Part shown: positions 61,965 through 64,000 of the stretch, piece after piece
How the letters are laid out: every line of letters begins with the position of its first letter
How positions within the stretch are numbered: the first letter of the stretch is position 1
Source: the human T2T-CHM13v2.0 reference genome, Homo sapiens
NCBI RefSeq assembly: GCF_009914755.1
Contig: NC_060928.1
Length of the DNA stretch: 64,000 nucleotides
Strand: one strand, 5' to 3'
Program-made: the position numbers and the translations under genes
The notes under the pieces: model-generated
What the model was told of the DNA's origin: nothing
Databases searched by the model: none
The model's input: the letters and a program-made list of their open reading frames with translations, nothing else

Positions 61965-63310
61965 AAATAATACTGGCTTATATATTTACCTTTATCATTG
62001 TTCTTTAATTCTTTGTGTGAATTTGAGTTATTGTCTGATAACATTTCATTTCAGCCTGAAGACTCCATTTGGTATTTCTTTTAGGGGGTGTGCCAGCAAC
62101 AAATTCTGTCAGCTTCCATTTATCTGAAAATGTCTTAATTTCTCCTTTATTTTCAAGGAATAGCTTTGCTGATTCTGGAATTCTTGATTGGCAGTCTGTT
62201 TTTTCAACACTTTGAATAAGTCATCCCCCTCCCTCTGACCTCATGATTTCTATTAACCTTTTGGAGGATTCCTTCTATATGATATGTCACTTTTTTCTTG
62301 CTGCCCTCAAGATTTTCTTTTTGTCTTTGGCTTTCAACAGCTTGACTGTGATGTGTCTAGGTGTGCATCTCTTTGCATTAATCTTACTTAGAGTTTGCTG
62401 AGCTTCTTCTTTCTGTAATGTTTTTTCATCAAATTTGGGATGTTTTCAGCCATGATTTCTTCAAATATTCTCTTTTCTCCTTTCTCTTTCTCCTCCGCTT
62501 CTGGGATTCCCATTATGTGTATGTTGGTATACTCGACAGTGTCCCCTAGATCTCTGAGGCTCTGAATACTTTTCTTCATCCTATTTTCTTTCTGTTCATC
62601 AGACTGCATAATATCAATTGACATGTCTTCAAGTTAACTGATTCTTTCTTCAGCCAATTCAAATTTTCTTTTGGGCTCCTCTAGAAAGTTTTTCATTTCC
62701 ATTATTGTAATTTTCAAATCCAGATTTCTACTCGGTTTGTTTTTATAATTTCTATCTCTTTATTGATGCTCTCTATTGGGTAAGGCACTATTCTTATACT
62801 TCCATTTAGTTCTTCAGACATAGTTTGCTTTATTTCTTTGAACATATTTAAAATAGCTAATTTAAAAATTTTATCTAAGAAGTCTAATGCCTTGGCTTCC
62901 TCAAGAACAATTTCTTTTTCTATATATGGGCCATTTTTTTATTATTTGCATGTCTCAAAATTCTTTGCTGAAACCAGATATTTTGTATGATATAATGTGA
63001 CAACTATGAAGATCAGAATTCCTACCCTGAGGGTTTGTTTAGTGATTTTCCAAGACTAATTCTCTAAACTCTGTATTCTTTGTACACTGAAATCTCAGCC
63101 TAATTAGCTGAGTGGTCAGGTAATGTCTGGACAAAAATTTTCTTAAGTGCCTTGAACCAATAAATCTCCAACCTTTGCCAAGGCCCTCTGTACATGTGTT
63201 GAGGCATAATTTTAATGCTCAAGCAGTCAATTTACAAATCTGTGTTTAGCCATCACTTCCTGCTTGTGTAGAGCCTCAAGGTCACCCAAAGGTAAGAGCT
63301 TGTAGAATCT
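61965..63310 (-). mobile_element. Old L1M 5'/ORF1 region
   Basis: ORF 62388-62624 (QSLRDLGDT..NIHIMGIPE..IFEEIMAENIPNL) is L1 ORF1p-like. Confidence 0.85.
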
Positions 63311-63344
63311 CAACTCTTTTTTTGGCAGTGATAGTTTACCAATT

Positions 63345-64000
63345 CTAAAACTACTTTCAATGTACTATGGGATTAAGCAAATAGGTACATAATTCTGGAT
63401 AATGGGAGCTAGGTTTCTTACTGTGGAAGCAGCGAGTCAAATATGGAAAGAGAAAGTCTAGAATAAACCTGTAGTGTTAGACTGAAATTGGAGGTATATG
63501 TATAAACTCACAGGTTTTAACAGACAAAGAAGAAGTATAGATTTCTTACTCTGTCCATTGAGATGACCTAGAAGCCATAACACCCAGTAACAATGCATGT
63601 ACCTAGTATACAGATCTTACTTTGAAATACATTCTGCTGCTATGGAAGTAGGGCTCCTTAAAGAAGTGGCTGATTGCAAGGCTCAGGCAAGCAAATGAAT
63701 AAAATGAACCTGGAATATCTTTTTATGCCAGAAAGTAAGGAAATTTTCAAAGAATGATATGAACATGTCAAAAGGACACAAGAAGTGGCTTACAAGGCTC
63801 CCAAGGGTCAAATCTGGAATCACTAATGCCTCAAAATAAACAATAAAGAAATAAATTATAGCACTTTGAGTAAAACAGGAATTCATAAATCCATACTGAT
63901 ATAAATATATAAATGGGGAAAAAATAAAGCTCTTCTTTATAGTAAAATGCCAACAAATAAAGGTTAAAAAATAGAGTTAGAAAATCACCATTTGATAAGC
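63345..64000 (+). mobile_element. L1MC3/L1MD-like 3' UTR fragment running off the window
   Basis: ggataatgggagctaggtttcttactgtgga...ctagaataaacctgtagtgttagactgaaattggagg. Confidence 0.65.

Noticed and set aside
61965-64000. Twin-priming inverted L1 formed by adjacent opposite-strand L1M pieces
   Set aside because: The pieces come from opposite ends of L1 with all of ORF2 missing, and no TSD is visible in the window; independent insertions are equally plausible.
54281-64000. Additional upstream STPG2 exons or promoter
   Set aside because: I found no PGPGxY-type or recalled STPG2 peptide and no CpG island; they presumably lie beyond the window.

Overview
This is primate (human or great-ape) genomic DNA: AT-rich and mostly made of interspersed repeats. 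Two short minus-strand coding exons (54168-54280 and 50920-51031) are missed by the ORF track. They splice in frame to DVSNATLKYKGIHFGNSSGRQELPKKSGPGPGQYDIVQKKTSYYENVNVKRDQQQNYCSFIPRLYEIIVLQEKKK, which contains a PGPGxY sperm-tail repeat and matches my recollection of STPG2 (C4orf37) residues ~130-204, probably exons 4 and 5. The rest is intron. It holds several decayed LINE-1s (two with 5' UTRs), about 14 Alu/FLAM elements, MaLR/ERV LTRs (MST, MLT1, MLT2, MER50, MER57 with a tRNA-Leu PBS, MER67-like), DNA-transposon relics (MADE1, two Tigger3a, Charlie1-type, MER58A, MER91), L2/MIR fragments, a 63-bp x3 tandem repeat and a strong CTCF motif. Nearly all listed ORFs are L1/Alu/LTR fragments or chance. 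I cannot support a new biological system here. The most unusual signals are recurrent locally templated insertions (39-50-bp copies of sequence 1.8-2.4 kb away plus snap-back inverted fillers), a non-YAG (GAG) splice acceptor, an expanded MADE1 (miR-548-like) hairpin, and an L1 with two different 3' ends inside one TSD pair. Repeat subfamily calls come from memory of consensus sequences, and their boundaries are approximate.
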